From: Nemertoderma westbladi
Lineage: Eukaryota; Animalia; Xenacoelomorpha
Direction of reading: 5' to 3'
Length of the DNA stretch: 64,000 nt
Assembly (NCBI GenBank): GCA_032718475.1
Contig: JAUCBJ010007287.1
Location: 1 to 64,000, forward strand
Part shown: in pieces, positions 40,280 to 53,045 of the stretch
How the letters are laid out: each line of letters begins with the position of its first letter
Position numbering within the stretch: position 1 is the stretch's first letter
Made by a program: the position numbers and the translations under genes
The notes under the pieces: model-generated
Databases searched by the model: none
The model's input: the letters and a program-made list of their open reading frames with translations, nothing else
What the model was told of the DNA's origin: nothing

Positions 40280-43200
40280 TCATGTTGGGGAGTCCCTAGA
40301 TGTTGGTTGGATTAGGGAGGTGGTCGTGGGAAGAGTATCTTGCCTTCCATAGTTTCCGGAGAGTTCTCTGTCTCTTTCCAGTAAACATAAACAACCAACT
40401 GGGCGGTTGAGTTGCTGTGTTTCGAATACAATTCCTGGTTTCTTAAAGTTACGTCGCATGACGACGAGTTCTACCAATCGCACTAAACCATCATCTGAAA
40501 TATGAGTCTCAATGATACGACCTGTCTGCCACCGCTTACGTGGAAGATCTGATTCCACAATAAGGACCATGTCTCCGGCGCTGACGTTTTCTTGCTGCGC
40601 AAACCACTTAGTTCGAAGTTGTAGCGTAGGCAGATAATGTTTTTCGAAATGGTCAGCGAAACGACGGGATAACAACTCCATAAGTTGCCAAGTATTCGTC
40701 TCCGTCCGTGATTTCCGATCGTGGGAGCATGGCTACAGGTTTCTTCAGTAGGAAGTGCGCCGGTGTTAGCGCTTCCAGGGAATCGGGACTTGATGAGACT
40801 GGCATAAGCGGTCTCTCGTTGAGATAGGCCGCGATTTCCTCCATTAACGTCTGCAAAAATTCGTCTGTGAGATACGCACGGCACGGCACTATAAAGTGAA
40901 ATGGGGTCTTCACGCTCCTGATTAATCTCTCCCAACTTCCTCCCCACCAAGGGGCGTCGGCGACGTTGAAAGTCCAGCTAGACGCTGTTACCCTTAGCTG
41001 ATCGTCCACCTGTCTTTGGTTCCAATCTTGGACGTAAGCCTTGATTTCATTGTTGGCACCAATGAAGTTTGTTCCCTTATCAGATCTCATCGTTTTGCTA
41101 GTTCCAAAGCGAGTGATCTGTCGGCGTAGACTCAGTATGAAACTGTTGGTAGATAGATCATTCACCATGTCTAGATGGATCGCTCTACAAGTCATACAGA
41201 CAAAGATGACACACCATTGCTTGACCATAGTCCTAGCACGATATACTTCAATAGGGCCAAATAAATCCACACCGGTATTAGTAAAGGGTGGTTCATAGAA
41301 GCTTACTCGTTCCCTAGGTAATTCTGCCTCTTGCTGTGTTAAAGCCCTACTGAATTCTTTCCTACAGGGTATACATACAGTTCCTAAGAACTTGGTTCAG
41401 AGCGCTACGGGGTTTATGAAAATAATAGCGAGTTCGAATTTCGCTAAGAACTCGTTCTCTACCAGCATGATAAAGCTTACTGTGAACATCTACAATCATC
41501 TTGATTTGTATTTCAAGATTTGTAATGAGTATGGGAAATTTAGTGTCAAAGGATAATGGAGCATTAATTAGTCTTCCTCCAACGTGTATTAACCCATCTA
41601 TCATTGTGCTAGAGAAACGATCCTTTAAGCGCATCTGTGGATTTCTCAACAACAGGAAATACTTATTGGAATCCTCGTAGCATTGCAGGAGTCTCAGTAT
41701 CTGCTTATTGGTTTCTTCATGCTCCTGGTAACTTATCTTCTCCTTCAGAAATCTGTCTGATATCTTGTATTTGGGAAGATCTTTAACAACATGGACCTGC
41801 GCAGATGTCAGTGGGGCGGTATCACTAGCGATCTTCGTCCTGGAGTAGTGATGATAAAAACATCGCTTTAAATAAGCAATGGCCTTACAAAGCCGATTCC
41901 AGGAGCTATAGTGATGTATCGCTCTCTGCAGGAGGGGTGATAGTCCTTGCGAGACGTCTGGTGTTCCAGATTTCCAATCTCTCTCTCTGATTTCTACAAC
42001 AGACTTGTTTGTGGCGGAGAATTTTGGATCCAAAGCGTCGTCTCCGGAAGTGTGTAGTACAGACAGATCTATCACGTGTTTAAATAACTTCGATTTACTC
42101 GCCCGGGTTTTAGGTTTGACTTTCTCCGCTCCCTTGGCTTGTCTAATCTCAGCCGTTGTAAGATGAGGAGGCCATTCGTCCTCTTCCTTGCTTAGGAAGT
42201 CGGGTCCACTTAACCAGTCTGGAGTATCTATCAATTCTTGTGGAGTTGCTCCTCGGGAGGCGATGTCAGCTGGATTAATCATCCCAGGGCAATGTTTCCA
42301 TTGATCTATCTTCGTGCGACTAAGTATAATGGCTACTCTGTTGGTCACGAAGACGCTGAACTGACAGACTTCATTGGTTATATACTCCAGCACGAGTAAA
42401 GCATCAGTCCAATAGACAGTTTTCTCCAGTGGATAGTCGATCTGTTCTGTTACTTTCCGGCCGATGGCTGTAGCGTATAGAGCCGCTTTTAACTCCGCTC
42501 GAGGAACTTTCAACTTGTTGTTTATCAAGGCCTTAGAGGTAACCAAGGCGACGTTAATTCCATCCAAAGTTGCAACTCTCAGGTAGGCTACTATACCTAT
42601 TCCCATATTGCTGGCATCTCCAAACACATGGAGTTGATAGGAATACGTGGGGAGAACATGACCAAAATAAGAACGGGAAATCGTAAAATTCTTGATGGAT
42701 GGTAGAGAATCTTCCCATTTCATCCACTTCTTTAGCAGTTCTCCCTTAAGTGGATCATCCCATGAGTGGTTTTCAAGCCACATTTGTTGTACTAAACTCC
42801 GAGCAATCAATATAACTGGGCTAATAAATCCCAATGGATCGAAGTAAGTGCTCAGGATACTTAAACAAATCCGTTTAGTCCGAACTGGATCATCTCACTG
42901 TTTTAGCTAGAAAAACAGGATATCTTTCTCTGTGTCCCATTTCAAACCAAGCGTCTTGGTTTCTGGAAGATCGTCCTTGATAAGGTCTAGCTAGATCTTT
43001 AACTCCTCGGTCTTCTACCGGGATCGATTCCAGAAATTCACGGGAGTTACTGGTGAATTTAGTTAATCGAAATCCACCTCTTTTCAAGCACTCTACCGTT
43101 CCTTTGGCGACATCAATGGCTTCTTCCACCGATGAGAGGGACTTTAAATTATCGTCCATGTATATATCCCGTTTGATGTTGTCGATAACTTCTTTGGAGA

Positions 43201-46200
43201 AGGGTCAGCAGTGGTGCGCACTACTGAGCAGGAGTTTGAAGGACTTGAGATGATCCCAAAAGCTTGGATGGTCATCCAGTACTCCACCGGTTTCTGGTTT
43301 AGGTCTCCTTCAGGCCACCACAGAAATCGTAGGCTGTCTCGATCCCTATCTAGCACCTTAACTTTTAAGAACATGCCTTCTATATCCGAAGCAAAAGCAA
43401 TCGAATATTGTCGTAATCTTAAGAGTATTCCCAATAAGGATTGGAGTAAGTTGGGTCCCGGCAATAACTTGGAGTTGGATTGGCCCATCTAGAGGGCGGA
43501 GCCGTCAAATACTACCCGGACTTCATTGGGTTTACCGGGTTTGGGAACGTAATGATGTGTTAAATAGTACGTTCTCTCAGTTATGGGTGTTTCTTTCGGT
43601 ACTCGCTCCGCATATCCCTTGTCAATGAATTTCTTCAACTGGGTCTTGTACATCTCCTTAGCTGAAGCATTTGCCATAAGGCGTCAATGTAGTTGAGCAA
43701 TTCTCTTCTCCGCCAAGGGTCGGTTGTTTATAAAATTTGGTTATCGCTTTCGAAATGGTAGACAAATTTCATACCTCCCTTGATCCCTAAGGAAACGTGT
43801 AGTCGTTGCCTGAATCTGCTTGGCTCTTTCTTCTTCTACCGACAAAGCCTTATCGTAGGAATTAGGCTCTACAGCCTCTTGAGTGAAAAATCGTACGGCG
43901 TGTTCGTCACAAACCTTTGCGTTGTAACGATCTATCACTTCATTCAGTTCGTCGTTGTAATCGACTTGTCCCACTGGATGGATGAGGTGACACAGGTTCA
44001 CTTGGTTTTGTCAAGTTTCGCTTTCCGTAAGGAGGTTGATGGTATTCTCCTCGTCGAATAGTTGGTGAATATCGTCATTATCTGAGGAGTATGGTGTTCC
44101 CTCGTGAGTGTCGTCTCCCTCACTGTTTTCCCCTTCCCATTCACTCACCTGGTAAACTTGCTCTTTAGGTAGCCTTTCCATGAGTGTCCTACTGGAAGGA
44201 CCAGTAAAGAACCAACCTACTCTAGTTCTTCCCGCATAAGTTTGCAATGGTTGCGGTTGAGCAGGCCATTTCTCCAATGTCTCAAGCGCCTCATGCGCAT
44301 TTTGGCCGATGAGTATTTGTACCCCTGGGTAGTCGGTGTTAAATCTAGGTATTTCATGCCGCTGGGTCAAATCATCCTCATCCCAGTTATAAGGTTTCAC
44401 TTGGCTGGTAGCAAAGTTCTTTATTGCCACAATTTTTACTGACCTTATACTATGTTTTCCTAGTTCATCCTGGGGTGTGGACAACGCGCCTACATAGTAT
44501 TCCGTAGCTACTGTAGATTTCCAAACCTGCATAATTCCTGAAAGGTTCAACTTAGTTCGGAACTTGGGTTGTCCAGCAAAGATATCTTTGGCTAGTTCTT
44601 TGTCGATGAATGTTCCTGTGCTGCCGGAGTCAAGAAGGGCGTTCACTATATAACTCCCTTTCAACCCGTGGACTCTCAACTGCACTACGGGAAATTCTCG
44701 GATTCCTACGTTGGAAGTTGGCGCTTTCCAAGATGGTTGTCGGTCAGGAATAGTTAGGGGGAGCTCACTATCGGTTTCAGTTTCATACGTAAGTGCTCGA
44801 TACACTGCGGTGTTTATTAGATAACAGGCTTTGTTTTCGTCGGAAAATTCATCCGTGTAGAATCCTTCCATCTCAGAAATTTGGTCAGTGTCGTTCACAT
44901 AACTGAATTGGACATGTAGTTCGGACTCACTTACCTGACTCGGGCTGTTTCTTTCGAATTCGGTGTGCAACAAGATATGATGTTTCGCGCCGCACTTCGC
45001 ACACCTTGCGTCGGAGTAACAGGTTCGCCGTTGGTGTCCTTGTCTGAGACAATTACAACACAACCACTTATCCCACATGACGTCACGTCTGTCCTTTAGT
45101 GACTTCTTCAAGAATTCATCACATCCACTCGAGCAATGGGGCCCATCGCACAACGCACATTTTGGTTTGATGTTACTTACTTTACCTTGGGTAGTGTTGT
45201 GCACACTCGTTCTTTCCTCGGGCTTTCTTCCATGAATTCTCTTAGGAGACGTGGGAGGAGTTTTTGTTGTATGTTCTCTCCTGTCACTGGTTCGAGACTT
45301 AAATTTACTTACATCCTCGGGCGCTTTGTTAACATAGTAAGATCTTTCGGTGTCTTTCCCGTTGCTCTCCTCTTGAGAGGTCTGGCTTTCGCCATCGTCT
45401 GTATAACACACTGGTGTCACTTTTCTCCTAGAAACGGGTTTTTCACTTACCTTATTTCAGGTGTCTTCTCTCTGGACTGCTTTAGGAGCTGTAATTTTAC
45501 CTTTCCATCTAAGAATGACATGAGATCAGCCATGGTAGGGTCTCTTCGTTGTTGTTCCATCAGATACAGAACTCTTTTGTCCCAATGAGTACCCACTCCA
45601 CCCTTTGGCAAGGTAGATGCTACAGCTCCAATAACCATAGAACTCTGATACTCATGAGACTTACCTATCCAATCTAATTGTCTACCAATCTCCTGGATCT
45701 CATCTGAAAATTCTATAATCCCGGTGCTAAGAACCTTTCGGGGCGCTACTAATTTTGCATACAAATATCTAGCTATGTTATTCCTATTACCATACCTGAT
45801 GTTTAGTGTATCCCAAACTTGTCTTAATCCATCTGGATGTCCAATAAATTTTAACGCCATTAACTTGGGAGATCCTTCCAAGCACTCGATGAGGAATCTA
45901 AGTTTCTCTCCGTTAGAGAGCACAGAGTTCTGTATGTTATCTTTATAATATTCATTAAAAGGTAACCATTTCATCTCATCTCCATTGAACTTGACAATTT
46001 CTCCCACCTTTACCGCTTGACGGGCTTCGGTTCTAGCCATTTGACGCGTAAAACTTTCTTGGGCCATCGTATTATTTAATATCGAGTTATCGGTATATAG
46101 ATTTCTCGGATTATGATCAGGTCTATATGGAATATCATTATCAACAGGTTTATCATTACCCTTAATAGGGTTTACTAAAGGAGTTTCTACTTTACTAGCA

Positions 46201-47828
46201 GTATAGATGCGTGTAGGCTCCACACCTTGCGCATGAAATACCTCAGACCTAACAGGTTGACACATTGTTACAGGGGGTGGTGTTATAACCCTTTGTATAT
46301 TTACTAATTTATCGCGTTCTAACGCGATACTCTGCTGCACTTCTTGCAGTTCTAACCTACCCTCTCTTACTTTAACTGCTGCGCAGTCTCTTCCATTTCT
46401 CGGACGTGCTGGGAGGAACGTAGGCGCTGTTCTTCCAATTGTCCGAGCAGGAGATCTATCCCCCGCCGTCCCCCATCCACCCACTCGACCGCCGAAGCGG
46501 GAGCCGCCAACATAGTAGCGGGTAGATGAGGGACAACGGGCGAGAAATCTTTGATGTCTCGCTCGGCGTCCAAGACTGGGACTGTTTCTGCAGCTATTCT
46601 ATTGGGCACAGATAATTTAGTACTGTGCAAAGGGAATTTAGAGTTAGGCTCTGGAAGTACAGGGGTCTCTATCACAGAAGGAGTGGCTTCGAGAACAACA
46701 GGATTAATTATTTCAGGCTCATCTACTATAGTAGGGAGTCTTTCTATTCTAATAATTTGGTCTGTGGGTTCTGGACTACATAAGTTTACACTAACTAGTT
46801 GCCTTCTCACAGCTGGGGGCAAATTAGGCAATTTCTGGTGGTGGGGCGTTCTTCTACGTCGGCTGGAACGAGATCTATTTCCTCTGCCTTCAGGATCTGT
46901 CGTATCGCCTTCATCAGATGAGGTAAACCCCTGCCGCTTAGGAGTTGATCGACTTAGCAGTTGCATATCACTAGCTGTTACCTGTTTATTTAAGTAGTCT
47001 TGCTTCTCTTGGAGATTTTCCAACTCTAGTTGGGTGGTCTCTTCAGATGCTCTCCGTTCTGCTTCTACCGCTGCCGCTTTTCTTTCTGCCTCTGCCTCTG
47101 CTTCTGCCACGGCCGTTTTTCTTTCTGCCTCTGCCATTGCAGCTTTTCTTTCTGCCTCTGCCGCTGCCGCTTTTCTTTCTGCCTCTGCCACTGCAGCTTT
47201 TCTTTCTGCCTCTGCCGCTGCCGCTGCCACTGCTGCTACCTTTCGGTCTTCTATACGTTTTTTCTTTAATTGTTCTTCTTGTTCCCTAGCGATGCGGATG
47301 CTTTCATCAAATTTAGTTCGATTTGCTGCTAGCCTTTCCGCATCTAACGAGTCTAGCACAAATTTGGCTCCCTCACTATTAGGGTGAAGTCCAGCTAACC
47401 GTCTCCTTAACTCTTTGTCACCTATAAATCGCTGATAGTTTGACAGATAGATGTCAATGGCGTCCTTCTTCAGAGGTTTCTCTGATGTCGCTTCGCTTTC
47501 CACCTGAGAAAAGGTAGCGTCTGTTGATTCTCCTTGGGTCGAGCGCTCAGCTAGCTGAATTTTCCACTGTGTCGTTCCTTGGACTTTAAGACTCACTCGT
47601 TGGAACCAAGTCTTTACGGCAACTTGCAATGACGTGTCTTGGCTTCTCTTCGAGGCTTCTTCAAAGGCAGATAGGATTAGTCTGATTCTTAAGATTCGTT
47701 CTCGAACTTGATAAAGCAGCGCTCCCTGCTATTGAGGTCCATGAGGTTGTTGAAACAGGTGTTCCTCTAATCGCTCCAAAGAGTTGAAGAATCCCTGTAC
47801 ATATCCTGCTGCCGACCTCTTCGGTATA
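40280..47828 (-). pseudogene. BEL/Pao gag-pol polyprotein (multiple stops and frameshifts)
   Basis: KFNGDEMKWLPF gag domain, three Cys/His knuckles, protease ALLDSGS, RT (DIEGMF, YMDD), RNase H FGDAS, integrase (GVDLFGP, SDKGTNF, PWWGGSWERL), C-terminal RTKW...GDMVL domain. Confidence 0.92.
47050..47235 (-). repeat. In-frame 27-bp repeat encoding (AEAERKAAx)n in gag
   Basis: Repeated TTTCTTTCTGCCTCTGC; helical, alanine-rich translation. Confidence 0.85.
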
Positions 47829-49464
47829 TAATTTCAGCTTAAATTTATAATAAATATAATAAGCCTATCGTAAATACCGGTATGTCAATTATTTTATAAT
47901 AACTGAATTTCTGAATTTTAGGGTTACTTTACGTTACTTTATTACCGTTATTTAAGCAGTGGTCTAACTGATATTAAGACCTAATTGATGCCTAACAGGT
48001 CTACTATTTTATAAATCTGTTGGAGTTGATTTATAATATTTGTACCCATTTAATGGGTGTTTTGTTACAATATTTGAAACAAATGTTATTCTTTCTGGTT
48101 AGGGGTCGCTACACAAAAGCTAAACGCTCTCAGTGGAGTGCTACCTGTTGGACACTAAAACATATAATTCTACTTGACTAAGTTACTTATTACTACAAAT
48201 TACTTACAATTACGGGTGGGATTACAATCTCTAAATAAACAACAACAAATTACACGTACAAATTTTAGGGTAATTTTACAGGGAATCTACAAACCAGTCT
48301 AACAGGGAGTGTGAATGTCTGGTTATTACTAACGGACAGGATACTACGGTATTTGAAAATAATTAAGCAGTAGTAAATACACCGTGTTGTCTAGATAGGA
48401 AAATACCACCGTCTGACGACTTATAGCCTTTTTGCTATACAGCACTATAAGTACTACGTTATGTACCCGGAGTGTCCTTACCTAGAAGTTAATTACCGCA
48501 GCCTACCAGAGCTAACATGCCTATTAATCACTTTACAACACAAATATACTGTCTACAAACTAAATTACTTTCGGAAAGCACTGTACACTAAACCCTAAAT
48601 TAGGCACAAGTACTTATATAACAAATAACCAGCTGTCTAAAAATACTTGTACAGCTAAAAGAACCACGGTATCTGCTGGAGTGACTAGCGCATAAAATCA
48701 CCAGTCTTTACCTACGCCAAGCATCCCTGACGTAGTACCGGGGTTAATTTAACTATAACGGTATGTATAACATACACAATTACTGTAGGAATTAACTTGG
48801 GGTATGTAGGTTGCGAATACTTGCATAAACTCTGAATAATAAATATTACGCTACCCTTACAGACTACACAAACAAAATACAGACCAAACGCTGGCAGACT
48901 ACTATCAAGCCTAAATAAACTACAGTATATGCAGACTCCGAAATGGTTAGTTAGTATGTGTTCTAACCGAGTAGTACGACTTATTCTTTCGGGGGGGATT
49001 TACCTTACAGCACTGGATGCCCCCACATTCCTAACTAGTACTTTATCGGACATACACTCTACACACACTGCAATCTCTTCAGACCTAACAACAGCCAGAC
49101 AACAATCCAGCCTACAAATTATCTGTACAATCTGAGCAGGCTTACACGTCTTCTGCTCAATATTAACTTACAGATAAATAAAACTGACAGAAATAAGTAA
49201 AATCCCAATAAAAAACCAGGGCTGCAGTCCCCAATTAAATATCAAGACCTCCCGGTATACAATTATCAAAATCAAATAATACTGATGTACCTGTACTGCT
49301 GTAAGTACCGGTTCGGGTGGTTATGTAGTTAGGCCTACAGGTTACCGCTCGACCGGTACTTTCGACTTTATTGCCTACGTTGCAATAAAGAAACAAGATA
49401 ACTGTTATTGTTCTTACCAGAACAATAGACAAATGTATTTATTGTCTACACTGCAAATAAAGAA

Positions 49465-49476
49465 TATAACTGTTAT
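49465..49476 (-). promoter_or_regulatory. Candidate self-priming primer-binding site
   Basis: Sense ATAACAGTTATA directly abuts the 5' LTR and is exactly complementary to LTR sequence at 50238-50249 (33883-33894 in the 3' LTR); no TGG tRNA PBS. Confidence 0.55.
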
Positions 49477-50667
49477 TGTTCGCGCTTTTAGACCTTTAGC
49501 AGTTTAACCCGCTAATTTTAGGTGTCTTCTAGTTTTAGTTTATAAATCGACTTTAGCTTATAACAAGTATTTGTTACATATACGATATAAAGTTACACTA
49601 GCCAAAACCAGCCTATGCGCGACCATTCACCCACGGTTAAGGGGGACTGGATTCGGAGGCTCTGACCTTATTGCGGTGTAGGCTTACTGTACTATTCGAT
49701 TGATCGTTAAGATATAATCTCTGACAAATATTATTTACTTTCGGGAAATATTAACAGTTCCTTTAGGACGTGGCGCTCTAAGTATATAAACAGAGTTATG
49801 GCTTACACTAAACACAACGGGATGGCTAATGATTTTCGTATAAAGCGCATTCTTTAGGAAATGCTTTGTTATCAGTCATACTCATGCACACTACCACACA
49901 CTGCTGCACACTGATCCGCCGACCTTCACTAAATTTGATCATATATAAGGAGAATGGCAACCGACACATGTAGGTATTATGAAATAGCATTCAATTCACT
50001 TCAAAACCACTATAATGTAAGTCGCAGTTGCTACAGGTAACTGGTCCCTCTTACCTTCAGTATATCAAGAAGATTGGGGTTTTATGATTATTTATCGATA
50101 TTCTCCAAATATAACAACATATTCATCAACTTCTAACAATTAATAACCGACAGTAAATAGCAGTAAAATAATGCGTTGAGTCTGTTGCTCGGTTTGATAT
50201 GTAAACAACTACTGCTATGAGTTGGCTAGTAAGTAAAATAACAGTTATACGCTTCTATAATCAAAGCCGTCGAATGTTTGGTTAAAGTCTTAAACTAAAA
50301 ATAATTTCAAAGCCGATGTTCTGGGCTCAGGAAAAAGGTAAACACAACTACTGCTGACATACACAGACTTGCTCAGTTTACATAGCTCTTTTCCAAGAAA
50401 AATGAAAATCGCTCTGATTGGCTGAGCCTAGCTGAGCCGAACAAAGAACACAGAGCACAAGGGAAAGTTCCACGTCAGCAAATCAGCTGACAGATTTCGT
50501 CATCTGAACTACACTGTATTAAGAGTATTTTGACGCATTGCGGCATAAAATGGATTGTTATGTCCGCTACGTACACATACAGAAAAATGGCTTTTTATGT
50601 CCACTAAAAACAACTACAGAGTACTTTGCGGGAAAAATGATTAGTTATAGCCGCAAAAGCTTTTACA
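49477..50667 (-). repeat. 5' LTR of the giant BEL/Pao element
   Basis: Direct repeat of 33122-34312; contains sense CAGCCAATCAG (~50414-50424) and TGACGTGG (50470-50477) promoter-type motifs. Confidence 0.95.
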
Positions 50668-50672
50668 ACTAG

Positions 50673-50706
50673 TATCGGCATGCTGCATTGCAGCTACATT
50701 TTTAAG
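50673..50706 (-). mobile_element. Tiny RTE 3'-end insertion whose (TAG)n tail continues at 33109-33121
   Basis: CTTAAAAATGTAGCTGCAATGCAGCATGCCGATA matches the RTE 3' end at ~59604-59641; 11-bp TSD ATTGCTAAATA (33098-33108 and 50707-50717). Confidence 0.8.
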
Positions 50707-51903
50707 ATTGCTAAATAGACATATTATAAGGGATTGTTGTATGGAAATAACTGAGAAATTGAAAAATCCGCCCGACCACCAGTAAGAATAGGTGTCGATC
50801 TATCATCATACCGAATTTCGTAGCATTTTATTGAAATTTGAAAAAAAAATTAGGGGGGGGGGGGGGGGGGGCTCCGACCCTCTAAAAATGGTTGTTGTAT
50901 TAAGGGTTATGGTGTATATATCTATACTTATTTCCCCCCAAAAATACCATGCCCCATTTCTAATCAACTCCCCCCAAACAAAACCCTTTTAGAAATGTTT
51001 GAAGCCTTAGCAATAAATTACTCGTAGGTGAGTGAAGGTACTGTAATGTTATGTTGTATGTTGTGTATGTAAAATGTATGTTGTAAATGTAAGTACTTTA
51101 ATAATAAGTACTTCGCAAAAATAGTACACTACTAAACGGTATATTATGCCTATAAAACCTTTGCTATAAAATGTGTAATGGTTTTGGTACAACTTCTCAA
51201 GCTTTAATTTTGAATATATTAATGGGACCATTATCCCAAATCTATTTGTTTTATTTATAAAGCTACTATTCTGAAACTTTAATACAATTATCTGTGATCT
51301 TATATATACTATTAAAACTGAGTATAGATAACTTCATAAACCGTTTGTTCGAAAAATATGGAAATTTTTGAGCAGGTCGGTTTATTCAAAAATTCTATAA
51401 ATTTGTGGCATTTCTATGTAAATTAGCTCATGTTTAAGGATCTGTAATACCCTGCATTGAAGTTCTTGGTCCAAGATTTTGGTAAAAGGGACCTAAAAAT
51501 GTAGGCTATTTTCTATGATAATTTTAGCACAAAATTACTGTTTTTGAAAAATTTAGGGGGGTTTTAGTATTTCCGGGCTATATTTTGAAAATAAATATTT
51601 TGTGATAGACAAAGTGTAGCAGTTACAAAATCGGTTCTAGAAGATCCAAATGGCCATGTTTTACAAAACCAACGATAGTAGTCCTAAAGCTGCTGAACAT
51701 TTTGTATGTTGTATGACAATTGAGTAAAAAATAAAATAGTATAGTAGTAAATATGTAGTAGGGAATTTAGTGATTAAAAAAAGTCAAAGTTACTGTATGT
51801 TGCTGCATTACAGTATGTAGGAGATATAATAATGAAGCATTCCTATAATTATTAATTATTTAATAATGTACTGGTCGGTAGATAATGTTTCTGTAATTTG
51901 CAG

Positions 51904-52061
51904 CTGGATTTTGTATACTGACGACTTCGATGGTGCAACCGACATTGCCAAGCCAGGGAACTACTCAACTAATCAACTATCTAATACGGCCAACTCACTC
52001 AGTTCCTTGAGACTCATTCTTGAGAATGGAATGACATTGTTTAGTGGAAAATACTATACAG
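51904..52061 (+). CDS. Next exon of the beta/gamma-crystallin-domain gene
   Basis: TTTGCAG acceptor; phase matches 18918 (AT+C = Ile); WILYTDDFDG....PGNY......NSLSSLR....TLFSGKYYTG; donor at 52062 or 52070. Confidence 0.7.
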
Positions 52062-52314
52062 GTAGACAGGTTCAGGATTATATTACATCTTAATTATTAT
52101 TTAAAATAATTTATAATTTAGAAATACACTTATACAGTAGCAAATCTATGTTTTCTAATTTTTTTTTGCATCCAATCCAGAAATTATTTTAATTTTCTCG
52201 GCACTTGCACACTGATAGTTTTTACCGGCTAACTTTGGGTGCGATATTAAAAAAAACATGGTGATACAACAATAGTAGTAGGGTCTTGGGCGGCTTTGTG
52301 ACAGTTCGACCCAA

Positions 52315-52485
52315 CTGACTGGCGCCAATCTGTCTGGGTGACACCCAATGACACCCTATGGGTGTCATTGGCGCCAGACTGTCTGGGTGACACCTATTAG
52401 GGTTTAATTGTACTAATTAATTGATGACATCTGTCAATTAGTACAATTAAACCCTAATAGGTGTCACCCAGACAGTTTGGTGTCA
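52315..52485. repeat. Inverted-repeat/hairpin cluster
   Basis: CTGTCTGGGTGACACCTATTAGGGTTTAATTGTACTAATT inverted across ~52379-52475. Confidence 0.7.
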
Positions 52486-52747
52486 GTGTTGTCTAACTGT
52501 ACACCTAGAGGCCCAAGAGGGTGTCATAAGTGACACCGTGGCTCTTTTATTTATTAATACCTATTTATTTATATTTAATTTTAATTAATTATTTGTATTT
52601 TATTTTTTAATAATATAACTTATTATTAATAATTTCAGTAAACTAATAAATGCACCATAGATTTATTACATACAATACCACACAGCAAAATGTTTTAGCA
52701 AAACGTTTGTTAATGAATTAGCAAAATACTAGCACCAACACCACCTG

Positions 52748-53045
52748 TCACACAAAGCCACCTGGTATCCCAGCGCCGTCGTCCAGCCTGAGCCCGCTAC
52801 GCCATTTCGTCCACGACCCTCTAAGGCAATGGGAAGCCCCGCGAACGATAGCCAGCTGGACCCGGGTACGGACCCACCCCATCACCATGCTGTAGGGTCT
52901 CCCCCACGTCCGGTGGAGCTTCTGGGCAATGGTCCTGAGGAGCTTGTCCGCTTGGGGGGCCAACACTCCGTCGCAGGAGGCGACGTATGGCGAGAAGTCG
53001 CCACGCCGCGCCCAGTCTGCGTCAGAGTAGAAGAGTTTGTATTTT
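52748..53045 (-). pseudogene. Second CRE-type non-LTR C-terminal fragment
   Basis: FSPYVASCDGVLAP.A..LLR..A..L...WGRPYS..MGWVRTR..LAIVRG...CLRGS. Confidence 0.7.

Larger units (their letters stand above)
33122..50667 (-). mobile_element. Giant (17.5 kb) full-length BEL/Pao LTR retrotransposon with an extra ORF
   Basis: Paired 1191-bp LTRs; TSD ACTAG (33117-33121 and 50668-50672); BEL-type gag-pol; second large ORF downstream. Confidence 0.95.
32422..50914. mobile_element. Palindromic Tc1/mariner-like MITE split by the giant BEL insertion (32422-33108 and 50707-50914)
   Basis: TA-CACCATAACCCTTAATACAAC ... GTTGTATTAAGGGTTATGGTG-TA; long imperfect inverted arms. Confidence 0.75.
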
